DNA from: Sphyrna mokarran
Lineage: Eukaryota
Assembly (NCBI GenBank): GCA_024679065.1
Contig: JAGIQG010000048.1
Coordinates: 310,001 to 374,000 of the forward strand
Direction: 5' to 3'
DNA length: 64,000 nucleotides
Made by a program: the position numbers and the translations under genes
Shown: one piece after another, positions 37,551 through 48,686 of the stretch
Layout: the number at the start of each line of letters is the position of its first letter
How positions within the stretch are numbered: the stretch's first letter is position 1
Notes under the pieces: model-generated
The model's input: the letters and a program-made list of their open reading frames with translations, nothing else
What the model was told of the DNA's origin: nothing
Database searches by the model: none

Positions 37551-38044
37551 TCAGAGTGAAACTCCCTCCTCTGAGGAACTCAATGTCTTCCCCTCTTCTC
37601 CATTTCTTTTCTCATTCCAGGGATGGAGGGGGGAATTGGGGACTTGCAGCAACTGGGGAGGGGGGGTGGGGGCAAGGAAGTGAGTCCAGGGAGGCTGCAG
37701 ATTCTGGAAAGGTTAAGACAAACATTGGAATTAGGAGCAGGACTAGCCCGGGTATCTTTCTGTCTCAAAGTCATTGACAACCTTCAACTCCCTCAGTTGG
37801 ACAGATCTACTCATCTGGACAATAGGGTAGCCTCTTATCCATTGTTCACAATGAAAGGGGGAGCTTTCCCAGGAGAGGACTAATATTTAAGTGAGGGGCA
37901 GAGATATGTTCAACGTAGTTACGTGTCATGTTATTTATGATTCTCTATTTCTTGTCTTGGATTATGTAGCACTTTGTCAATGTTACCTATTTGATTTGAT
38001 TGATTCTTACCCCGTGTCCAAAAAAAGTGCAGATGGAAGCAGGT

Positions 38045-38703
38045 GATAAGCTTTTTCCACCATTAGATTCGGATAGAACGAGGGGTCACGGCCTTAGGGT
38101 GAGGGGGCTATGTATAAGACTAATATTAGAGGGCATTTTTTCACACAAAGGGTAGTGGGGGTGTGGAATGCACTACCGAGTAAGGTGATGGGAGCAGGCA
38201 CGCTAGGGTTGTTTAAGGGTCTCTTGGACAGCCACATGAGCGGTCTGCAGATAGAGGGATACAGCAGGACTGTTTAAATATCCTGTTTGTTTCCACAGGA
38301 TGTTCGGTCCACCTTGTTGACCAACAAGGTGCATGCATTCGGCAGGTCGTGCGAGGACTGCTCCTGGATGTTGCTTCAGGAGTGGCCTAGTGCTTCACGT
38401 CATTCGTGTATGATTAAACTGGATCATCAGATGGGCAACATGACAGCTCAGAGACTATCGCTGTTGCTGTGCAGACACATGGATTTGGGCCTGTGTCTGC
38501 GGGAGTTTGCGCGTTCTCCCCGTGGTTGTGTGGGTTTTCTCCGGGTGCTCCGGTTTCCTCCTACATCCCAAAAATGTGCTCTTAGGCTGATTGGGTAACA
38601 AAATGGTCCCTATATGTCATTAAGACGTTAGGACGGCGGCGTGGGCTCGTTGGGCCGAAGGGCCTGTTTCCCGTGCTGTGTTGTTCTTTGTTCTTTGTTC
38701 TTT
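38045..38703 (+). mobile_element. 3' end of SINE-carrying CR1 subfamily (mirror ~42226-42885)
   Basis: KLFPPLDSDRTRGHGLRVRG plus long UTR plus (GTTCTTT)3. Confidence 0.9.
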
Positions 38704-38704
38704 G

Positions 38705-39597
38705 AAAGCAAATTACTGCAGAAGCTGGAATTGGAAACCAAAAGAGAAAAGGCTGGAAAATCTCAGCAGGTCTGGTAGAACATAGAACATTACAGCGCAG
38801 AACAGGCCCTTCGGCCTTCGATGTTGCGCCGACCAATTAAGAAAAAGCAATGACACTCTAACCTAAACCATTCCCTTTTCGTCTATAAACTTATCTACTA
38901 ACCTCTTAAACGCCACCAAACTTGGAGCATTTACAACTGACGCAGGCAGGGCATTCCATACCCTTACCACTCTCTGGGTAAAGAATCTACCTCTGACATC
39001 CGTCCTATAACTACCACCCCTTAATTTAAAGCTATGTCCCCTCGTGCTAGCTTTCTCCATCCTAGGAAAAAGGCTATCACTGTCCACCCTATCTAAACCT
39101 CTAATCATCTTATATGATTCAATAAGGTCTCCAAGCACATCAGGAGAGAAAAGAGCTGACGTTTTAAGTCTAAATGACTCTTTGTCGATGCTAAAAGGCA
39201 TAAAAAAAGGGGGATATTTGTAGTGCAGGGTGAGAGACTGAACAATGAGTCATAGACACAAAAACCAGGGGAAAAAGCTGCTAATGGCAGCCCATCGACA
39301 ATAATGCGTGTGAATGGCCTAATAGCAGAGGAGCTGTAATCAGAGAGTAAACTGTGACAGATGAAGATGTTGGGCGGGGGTGGGGAGAAAGGGTGGGAGA
39401 GGGGTAATATTTACAAAAAGGGGAAGCAAAGGAGTTTCTATGACTATGACTCGTTTTTCATTCCCCACCCCTGCGTATGAATATCTCCCACTTTCTATGT
39501 ATTTTAGCTTTGGCAAAGAGTCATCTCGACTTGAAACACCAGCTCTTTCCTGTCCTTATAGATGCTGCCAGAGATTTTCCAGCATTTTCTCTTTTGA
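38705..39597. mobile_element. Penelope-like inverted-repeat element with nested CR1 3' fragment (38777-39130, minus); mirror ~41330-42225
   Basis: Ends are mutual reverse complements (AGAGAAAAGAGCTGACGTTT..GACTCTTTG / CAAAGAGTC..GAAACACCAGCTCTTT) carrying hammerhead-like stem+GAAA. Confidence 0.65.
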
Positions 39598-42500
39598 ATC
39601 CAAAGATATGTGGGTTCGGTTGATTGGCCAATTTATCATGGTCATGGTGTCGGGGGAATTAGCGGATACGTTATGTGGGGTTGCAGGAATAGGGGCCTTA
39701 GGGTTGTGGTTGGTACAGACTCAGTGGGCCGAATGGCCGCCTTCTGCACTGCAGGGATTCTATTCTTGGATTAGTGTATAATGAAAAGCATTGTTTTTTT
39801 TGCCTGCTATAGAGACAAAACATACTGTGCATAGAAAAGGAAAGGAGAGGGTAGAATATGTAGTGTTACATATGTACGTATATGTCATGTACATTTCCAG
39901 TGATGCAAACATGACAGCATAGAAGGAATCCATTTGGCAACTCAAATCCATGGCAACTCTCGGTAGAGCAGTTCCGTCCATTCCATTCTCCCTCGATATC
40001 CTCATTCTCCTGAGCTTCATGTCACAAATAGGCAACCTTGATGATGATGTGGGTGTGCGACTGGAAGCTCAGCTTGCGGTGGGAGATTTCACCCCTTGTC
40101 AGGAGGAAGGACGGGTTTGTGGGAGAGGGTGTGGAATTTGTAGTGGGAACTGAACTCAATGGGTTCAGTGTTTATGTGGAAGAACTTTTAGCACTGGATG
40201 TCAGAGAAGCCAGAACGGTGTATGAGTTAGAAGGGAGCTTGGAGCTGATGGTGTTCACACCGACCTGCTACCTGGGTCCTTATCGGTGATGGAGTTTGGG
40301 AGATTCTGCCGACGTTTCTGTCGAGTTTAGATGTTTGAAATCCCTCTTCTCGCCTCTCCCATTTCTCTTTGAAAACCTCAGACAGATTATTGTGTAGTAG
40401 GCCCAGCCCAGGGGCAACATACCTTCCTGAGGGAACATTAGTCAACAGTTGGGGTTGTTATGACAATTAAGCGGCTCAACTTATCTTTCCTCACTCCAGC
40501 TCCAAAAAACATGCCACCTGGGCTGGGCCTACACAAGAATCTGTCTGAGGTGACAGAGAGAAATGGGAGAGGCGAAGAAGAGGGATTTCAAACATCTAAA
40601 CTCGGCAGAAACGTCGGCAGAATCTCCCAAACTCCATCACCGATAAGGACCCAGGTAGCAGGTCGGTGTGAACACCATCAGCTCCAAGCTCCCTTCTAAC
40701 TCATACACCGTTCTGACTTCTCGGACATCCAGTGCTAAAAGTTCTTCCACATAAACACTGAACCCATTGAGTTCAGTTCCCCCTACAAATTCCACACCCT
40801 CTCCCACAAACCCGTCCTTCCTCCTGACCAGGGGTGAAATCTCCCACCGCAAGCTGAGCTTCCAGTCGCACACCCACATCATCATCAAGGTTGCCTATTT
40901 GTGACATGAAGCTCAGGAGAATGAGGATATCGAGGGAGAATGGAATGGACGGAACTGCTCTACCGAGAGTTGCCATGGATTTGAGTTGCCAAATGGATTC
41001 CTTCTATGCTGTCATGTTTGCATCACTGGAAATGTACATGACATATACATACATATGTAACACTACATATTCTACCCTCTCCTTTCCTTTTCTATGCACA
41101 GTATGTTTTGTCTCTATAGCAGGCAAAAAAAAACAATGCTTTTCATTATACACTAACCCAAGAATAGAATCCCTGCAGTGCAGAAGGCGGCCATTCGGCC
41201 CACTGAGTCTGTACCAACCACAACCCTAAGGCCCCTATTCCTGCAACCCCACATAACGTATCCGCTAATTCCCCCGACACCATGACCATGATAAATTGGC
41301 CAATCAACCGAACCCACCTATCTTTGGATTCAAAAGAGAAAATGCTGGAAAATCTCTGGCAGCATCTATAAGGACAGGAAAGAGCTGGTGTTTCAAGTCG
41401 AGATGACTCTTTGCCAAAGCTAAAAGGCATAGAAAGTGGGAGATATTCATACGCAGGGGTGGGGAATGAAAAACGAGTCATAGTCATAGAAACTCCTTTG
41501 CTTCCCCTTTTTGTAAATATTACCCCTCTCCCACCCTTTCTCCCCACCCCCGCCCAACATCTTCATCTGTCACAGTTTACTCTCTGATTTCAGCTCCTCT
41601 GCTATTAGGCCATTCACACGCATTATTATCTATGGGCTGCCATTAGCAGCTTTTCCCCCTGGTTTTTGTGTCTATGACTCATTGTTCAGTCTCTCACCCT
41701 GCAGTACAAATATCCCCCTTTTTTATGCCTTTTAGTATCGACAAAGAGTCATTTAGACTCAAAACGTCAGCTCTTTTCTCTCCTTATGTGCTTGGAGACC
41801 TTATTGAAACATATAAGATGATTAGAGGTTTAGATAGGGTGGACAGTGATAGCTTTTTTCCTAGGATGGAGAAAGCTAGCACGAGGGGACATAGCTTTAA
41901 ATTAAGGGGTGGTAGTTATAGGACGGAGATCAGAGGTAGGTTCTTTACCCAGAGGGTGGTAAGGGTATGGAATGCCCTGCCTGCTGCAGTTGTAGATGCG
42001 CCAAGTTTGGTGGCGTTTAAGAGGTTAGTAGATAAGTTTATGGACGGAAAGGGAATGGTTTAGGTTAGAGGGTCATTGCTTTTTCTTAATTGGTCGGCGC
42101 AACATCGAAGGCCGAAGGGCCTGTTCTGCGCTGTAATGTTCTATGTTCTACCAGACCTGCTGAGATTTTCCAGCCTTTTCTCTTTTGGTTTCCAATTCCA
42201 GCTTCTGCAGTAATTTGCTTTCAAAGAACAAAGAACAAAGAACAACACAGCACGGGAAACAGGCCCTTCGGCCCAACGAGCCCACGCCGCCGTCCTAACG
42301 TCTTAATGACATATAGGGACCATTTTGTTACCCAATCTGCCTAAGAGCACATTTTTGGGATGTAGGAGGAAACCGGAGCACCCGGTGAAAACCCATGCAA
42401 CCACGGGGAGAACGCGCAAACTCCCGCAGACACAGGCCCAAATCCATGTGTCTGCACAGCAACAGCAATAGTCTCTGAGCTGTCATGTTGCCCATCTGAT

Positions 42501-43379
42501 GATCCAGTTTAATCATACACTGACGACGTGAAGCACTCGGCCACTCCTGAAGTAACATCCAGGAGCAGCCCTCTCACGACCTGCCGAATGCATGCCCCTT
42601 GTTGGTCAACAAGGTGGACTGAACAGCCTGTGGAAACAATTAAAGTATTTAAACAGTCCTGCTATATCCCGCTATCTGCAGACCGCTCATGTGGCTGTCC
42701 AAGAGACCCTTAAACAACCCTAGCGTGCCTGCTCCCACCACCTTACTCGGCAGTGCATTCCACACCCCCCACTACCCTTTGTGTGAAAAAATGCCCTCTA
42801 ATATTCGTCTTATACATAGCCCCCCTCACCCTAAGGCCGTGACCCCTCGTTCTATCCGAATCTAATGGTGGAAAAAGCTTATCACCTGCTTCCATCTGCA
42901 CTTTTTTTGGACACGGGGTAAGAATCAATCAAATCAAATAGGTAACATTGACAAAGTGCTACATAATCCAAGACAAGAAATAGAGAATCATAAATAACAT
43001 GACACGTAACTACGTTGAACATATCTCTGCCCCTCACTTAAATATTAGTCCTCTCCTGGGAAAGCTCCCCCTTTCATTGTGAACATTGGATAAGAGGCTA
43101 CCCTATTGTCCAGATGAGTAGATCTGTCCAACTGAGGGAGTTGAAGGTTGTCAATGACTTTGAGACAGAAAGATACCCGGGCTAGTCCTGCTCCTAATTC
43201 CAATGTTTGTCTTAACCTTTCCAGAATCTGCAGCCTCCCTGGACTCACTTCCTTGCCCCCCACCCCCCCCCCTCCCCAGTTGCTGCAAGTCCCCAATTCC
43301 CCCCTCCATCCCTGGAATGAGAAAAGAAATGGAGAAGAGGGGAAGACATTGAGTTCCTCAGAGGAGGGAGTTTCACTCT

Positions 43380-43655
43380 GAAGCTCATTGACCAACTTCC
43401 GCCTTGTGACGTCACACGGGGAACCCCCACCTGAATCAGCCAATAGGAATCAGCCCGCTCCACAATGACCTCATGGGCTTCCAGTGCGCAGGCGCACACC
43501 CTGTCTCCTCCCCCTCCGCCCATCCCGGAAAATAGACCCATTGTTTCCCCCCCCAACCAACTGCTGACCAATCAGGAGCCCTGGCAGACCGGAAGGACTC
43601 TTGTACTCCAGCCAATCAGTTGAGTGGGCTTTGTGACGTTGGAGGTTGAGCCTCT
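43380..43655. promoter_or_regulatory. Promoter copy 2 (inverted, right palindrome arm)
   Basis: CRE 43407-43414, NRF1 43485-43496; CCAAT, ETS and Sp1 motifs retained. Confidence 0.78.
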
Positions 43656-46313
43656 CATACAGATTGAACCTTCTTCCTGTGTGTCCCCCCCTCCCTCCCT
43701 CCCTCCCTCCCTCCCCATCCAACCCAGGGTCAGTGAGTGAGACAGAGGGAGGTTTTCAGGAGGGAAGGGGAAGAGTTCAGGGAGTGGGAGAAGGGAGTCT
43801 GAGCAGCTGGAAAAAGCAGCTGAGTGGGAGAACCTACTGGGGAGAGATCCAGAGGCTGTGACTCCTGGGGCTGTGTGTGTGTGTGTGTGGAGGTGAGGGG
43901 GAGAGTCCAGCCCAACCTCCTGTCAAAGGAAATGAGGACTGTACACAGTTCTGGTCACCTCACTACAGGAAGGATGTGGAAGCTATTGAGAGGGTGCAGA
44001 GGAGATTTACAAGGATGTTCCTGGATTGGGGGGGCATGCCTTAGGTTGAGGGAGCTGGGTCTCTTCTCCCTGGAGAGACAAAGGTTGAGAGGCGACCTGA
44101 TAGAGGTTTATAAGATGTTGAGAGGAATACATAGAGTGGATTCTTGCAGGCTATTTCCCAGGGCTGAAATGGTCGCTACGAGAGGACACAGGTTTAAGGT
44201 GCTGGGGGGGCAAGTACAGAGGAGATGTTAGAGGTAAGTTTTTCATTCAGAGTGTGGGGGGGGTGAATGGAATCGGTTGCCATCTGTGGTGGTAGAGGCG
44301 AACTCGCTGGGGTCTTTTAAGAGACTTCTGGATGAGTACACGGGATTGGGAGTTACAGATAGTTCAATGGCCTGGTAGGTATAGATATGATGGGCACAAC
44401 TTGTGAGCCGAAGGGCCTGTTTGTGCTGTAGTGTTCTATGAGTTCAACTCATACCTGGGAAATACAGAGATTTGTGGGACTCTGTAACTGGAATTAGAGA
44501 CAAATCTGTGGAGGGAGGAAATGTTTGATTTGATTTATTATTGTCACATGTATTAACATATCCTGAAAATTATTGTTTCTGGCATGTTATACAGACAAAG
44601 CATGCCGTTCATAGAGAAGGAAACGAGAGAATGCAGACTAGTGTTACGGTTGTAGCGAGGGTGCAGAGGAGGGCCAACTTCGTGCAAGGTCGATCCATTC
44701 AAAAGTCTGACAGCTGCAGGGAAGAAGCTGTTCTTGTGTTTGGTGCGTGACCTCCGACTTTTGTATTTGTTTCCCCTATGGAAGAAAGTGGAAGAGAGAA
44801 TGTTTGGGGTGCGTGGGGTCCTGAATTATACCGGCTGCTTTTCCCTGAGGCAGCGGGAAGTGTAGACAGAGTCAGTGGACGGGAGGCTGGTTTGTGATGT
44901 TTGTAAATATTTGTAAACGTTTGTAGATGTTTGTGATTTTGCGAAACCCGCTGTTATTGTCTGAATTATTTAAAAGTTAAATTTACCCAGTTCCTAAAAA
45001 GTATCATTGTCTGTGAATGCGTGTTTCATTTATGTTCATTTTATTTTGATTATTGCTGTAAAAGTATTAAATTAATGAAACCTTATTCTTTGGTTCATTC
45101 CATTAGGATTGGCTGGGAAATAATTTATTTGAAGATTATCAGTCTCTGTGGAGAGGTATTTCTAGTTTTGTTACTGTATATTGAAAAGTATTGTTTCTTG
45201 CACGTTATACAAAACATACCATTCATAGAAAAGGAAAGAAGGGAGTGCAGAATGTAGTATCACAGTTATAGCTTAAGTGCAGAGAAAGATCAGCCTGGGT
45301 GCATGTAAAAGTTTGACAGCAGCAGGGAAGAAGCTGTTCTTATGTTGGTTGGTCTGTGTCCTCAGACTTTTGTATCTTCTTCCTGACAGAAGAAATCCTA
45401 GAATCCCTACAGTGCAGAAGAAGGCCATTTGGCCCATCGAGTCTGCACCGACCACAATCCCACCCAGGCCTGATCCCCATATCCCCTATATATTTATCTG
45501 CTAATCCCTCTAACCTGTGCATCTCGCAACTCTTAAGGGTATTTTTTTTTTAGCATGGCCAATTAACCCAACCCGCACGTCTGCAGGAGGAAACCGGGGC
45601 AGAAACCCACGCAGACACGAGGAAACTGTGAAAACTCCCCACAGACAGTGCCCCAAGCCAGGAAAAAGGTGGAGGAGAGAATGCCCAGGGTGTATATGGG
45701 GTCCTTAATTATACCGGCTGCTTTGCTGAGGCAGCGGGAAGTGTAGACAGAGTCAGTGGACGGGAGGCTGGTTTGTGATGTTTGTAAATATTCGTAAACG
45801 TTTGTAAATCTTTGTGATTTTTTTTTATGGAACCTGTTGTTATTTAAAATCAAGTTTCTCCTACTTGTTGAAGTGCCATTGTTTGTGAATGTGTGCTTCG
45901 TTTATATTGATTTTACTTTGATTATTGCAGTGGAAGTATAAAATTAATGAAACCTTATTCTTTGCTTTATTCCATTAGGATTGGCTGGGAAATTGTTTAT
46001 TTGGAGATTATCAGACTGTGTGGAGAGGTATTTCTAGTTTTGTTATTGTGTGTGTTGGATATATTATTGTTGATGCTGCAGTAAGGTACATTTATTTTTA
46101 TTCTTGGAGTATAGTAATGTAGTTATGTTATATATTTCCAGTCAGTGAGACATTACAGCACAAAAAATGTCCATTTGGCAACTTGAATGCATGTCAATTC
46201 TCTATCGAACAATCCAGTCAGTCCCATTGCCCCTCTGTATCACTGCCTGACAGGTTTATTTCTTTTGAATGACGAACATCATTTGAAATCATGTCCTCGT
46301 GTGGGGTGAATTC

Positions 46314-46620
46314 TGGGATTATTTCAGACTGCAAATTGTACATTCCATGCAGTTCTCAAATGTTCATCAGCTTCAGAATATTAGTGGGGAAACTTTTCTG
46401 TCCTCTATACTTCGTTTGTCAGACGTTTTCAAGGACTTCTCTTACAAGGGCACAANNNNNNNNNNNNNNNNNNNNNNNNNNNNNNNNNNNNNNNNNNNNN
46501 NNNNNNNNNNNNNNNNNNNNNNNNNNNNNNNNNNNNNNNNNNNNNNNNNNNNNNNNNNNNNNNNNNNNNNNNNNNNNNNNNNNNNNNNNNNNNNNNNNNN
46601 NNNNNNNNNNCAGAGTTAGC

Positions 46621-46654
<34 letters not shown>

Positions 46655-46910
46655 ACAGGGGTATACAGAGCTACAGGGGGCATATACTGATTCAGGGCTA
46701 CATGTCAATGCAGGGGCACACAAAGATTCAGGCGAGCACACACACAGATACTGGAAATTAGAAAGTTAGAAGGGCACACACAGAATCAGGGGTATACAAA
46801 CAGTGAAACTGGGGCATACACAGATACAAAGGTACACAGAATCAGGGGTATACAAACAGTGAAACTGGGGCATACACAGATACAAAGGTACACAGAATCA
46901 GGGGTATACA
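46314..46910 (+). repeat. Direct copy of 20468 onward including start of the 56-bp minisatellite
   Basis: TGGGATTATTTCAGACTGCAAATTG... matches 20468; satellite units from ~46776. Confidence 0.93.
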
Positions 46911-47911
46911 TAGAACACTACAGCACAGAACAGGCCCTTCGGCCTTCGATGTTGCGCCGACCAATGTAAAAAGCAATGCCCCTCCAAACTAAACCATTCC
47001 CTTCTCTTCCATATACTTATCAACTAACCTCTTAAACGCCACCAAACTTGGCGCATCTACAACTGCTGCAGGCAGGGCATTCCACTCCCGAACCACCCTT
47101 TGGGTAAAGAACCTACCTCTGATATCCGTCCTATAACTATCACCCCTTAATTTAAAGCTGTGTCCCCTCGTGCTAGCTTTCTCCATCCTAGGAAAAAGGC
47201 TATCACTGTCCACCCTATCTAAACCTCTAATCATCTTATATGTTTCGATAAGGTCCCCTCTTAGCCGCCTCCTTTCTAACGAAAACAACCTCAAATCCCT
47301 CAGCCTCTCTTCATAAGACCTGCCCTCCATACCAGGCAACATCCTGGTAAACCTCCTCTGTACCCTCTCCAATGCCTCCACATCTTTCTTATAATGTGGG
47401 GACCAGAACTGCACACAATACTCCAAGTGCGGCCGCACTAGAGTTTTGTACAGTTGCAACATGACGTTGCGGCTCCGAAATTCAATCCCTCTACCAATAA
47501 AAGCCAAGACTCCATATGCCTTCCTAACAACCTTCTCGACCTGACTGCCTACTTTCAGGGATCTATGCACATACACACCAAGATCCCTCTGTTCATCTAG
47601 ACTACTAAGAATCCTACCATTTGCCCTATACTCTACACGTTTATTATTCCTGCCATAGTGAATTACCTCACACTTTTCCACATTAAACTCCATTTGCCAC
47701 CTCTCGGCCCAGCTCTGCAACTTGTCCAAGTCTCTCTGCAAACTATAACACCCCACTATAACACCCCTCTTCACTATCTACCACTCATCCGACTTTAGTG
47801 TCATCTGCAAATTTACTAATACATCCTTCAATACCCTCATCCAGATCATTTATAAAAATTACAAACAGCAGGTGCCCCAAAACAGACCCCTGAGGTACAC
47901 CACTTGTCACT
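46911..47911 (-). mobile_element. Young ~1-kb CR1 insertion into the minisatellite
   Basis: [12 protein letters not shown]...FADDTK...WQMEFNVEKC...to C-terminus; satellite resumes at ~47928. Confidence 0.96.
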
Positions 47912-48650
47912 GAAAACAGTGAAAACTGTACAAACAGTGAAACTGGAGTGTACACAGATACAAAGGTACACACAGAATCAGGAGCATATACAATCTCTCA
48001 GCTTGTACACTGCCAAACTCTCCCTCGTCGTTCCAGACTTTTCAATGAGATCCCATCTCATTATTCCAAACCCCAGAGAGAACCGTGTCATGGTATTAAA
48101 TCCCTTTTCCGAGGGTAACTGCCTCGCACAGTAATCAATCCAGTGAACCTTGGTTACACAGACAGTGAGAGCTTAGAGGGAAATAAGAGGAAAATTGGGA
48201 AAGGAGATCTAGGCACAGAGAGAGTGAAATAGACTGAGGCTGATACACAGAAGCAAGGAGAGACAGGTATAGACAGGGAATGGAGCAGTCAGCCATATCA
48301 CGTGAATGAAACACAGCAGACATACAACCAGGGGCTGGATCCCGCAGGCACTGGCTCCTCTGAATTGTCAATTAGGGGTAAAGAGAATGTGAACGAGCAG
48401 AGCCAACTTCTGCAAACACCTTAAATTAATTGTGTTGATGGATTCTCTGCATTGTCAGGTTCTCAAACTAAAGCCTAATTAAACTCACCCTGCCGTGTGC
48501 AGTGTAAAGAAATGAACGAGAACTGCATGGAATTCCTCCTGGAAACTCCAATCCCGGACAATATCGTTCAATATTCCCATTTTAGCCCCAGGTTTTGCAG
48601 ATGTTCCCAGCGAGTGACTGACCTTCTCTGAGACCCACGAACAGCAGCGC

Positions 48651-48686
48651 CTGCAGTTACAGTGGGCCGCCACCGGATGGTGGTGC
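48651..48686 (+). promoter_or_regulatory. Inverted duplicate of the CTCF-like site with core A>G change
   Basis: CTGCAGTTACAGTGGGCCGCCACCGGATGGTGGTGC. Confidence 0.4.

Larger units (their letters stand above)
24597..37982. repeat. Direct segmental duplication, copy 1 (copy 2 = 50886-64000+)
   Basis: Colinear high identity with ~26.0-26.3 kb offset; paired ORFs throughout. Confidence 0.97.
34614..46313. repeat. Large palindrome: arms 34614-40416 and 40512-46313, ~95-bp spacer
   Basis: Mirror-image ORF pairs (e.g. 35074+/45563-, 38582-/42090+, 40038+/40637-); both ends traced to GAATTCACCCCAC / GTGGGGTGAATTC. Confidence 0.97.

Noticed and set aside
46308-46313. EcoRI site at the palindrome arm end suggesting a ligation chimera
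   Set aside because: The joined partner (20468 context GCAGTTGGGATT) has no EcoRI site, so restriction-ligation does not explain the junction.
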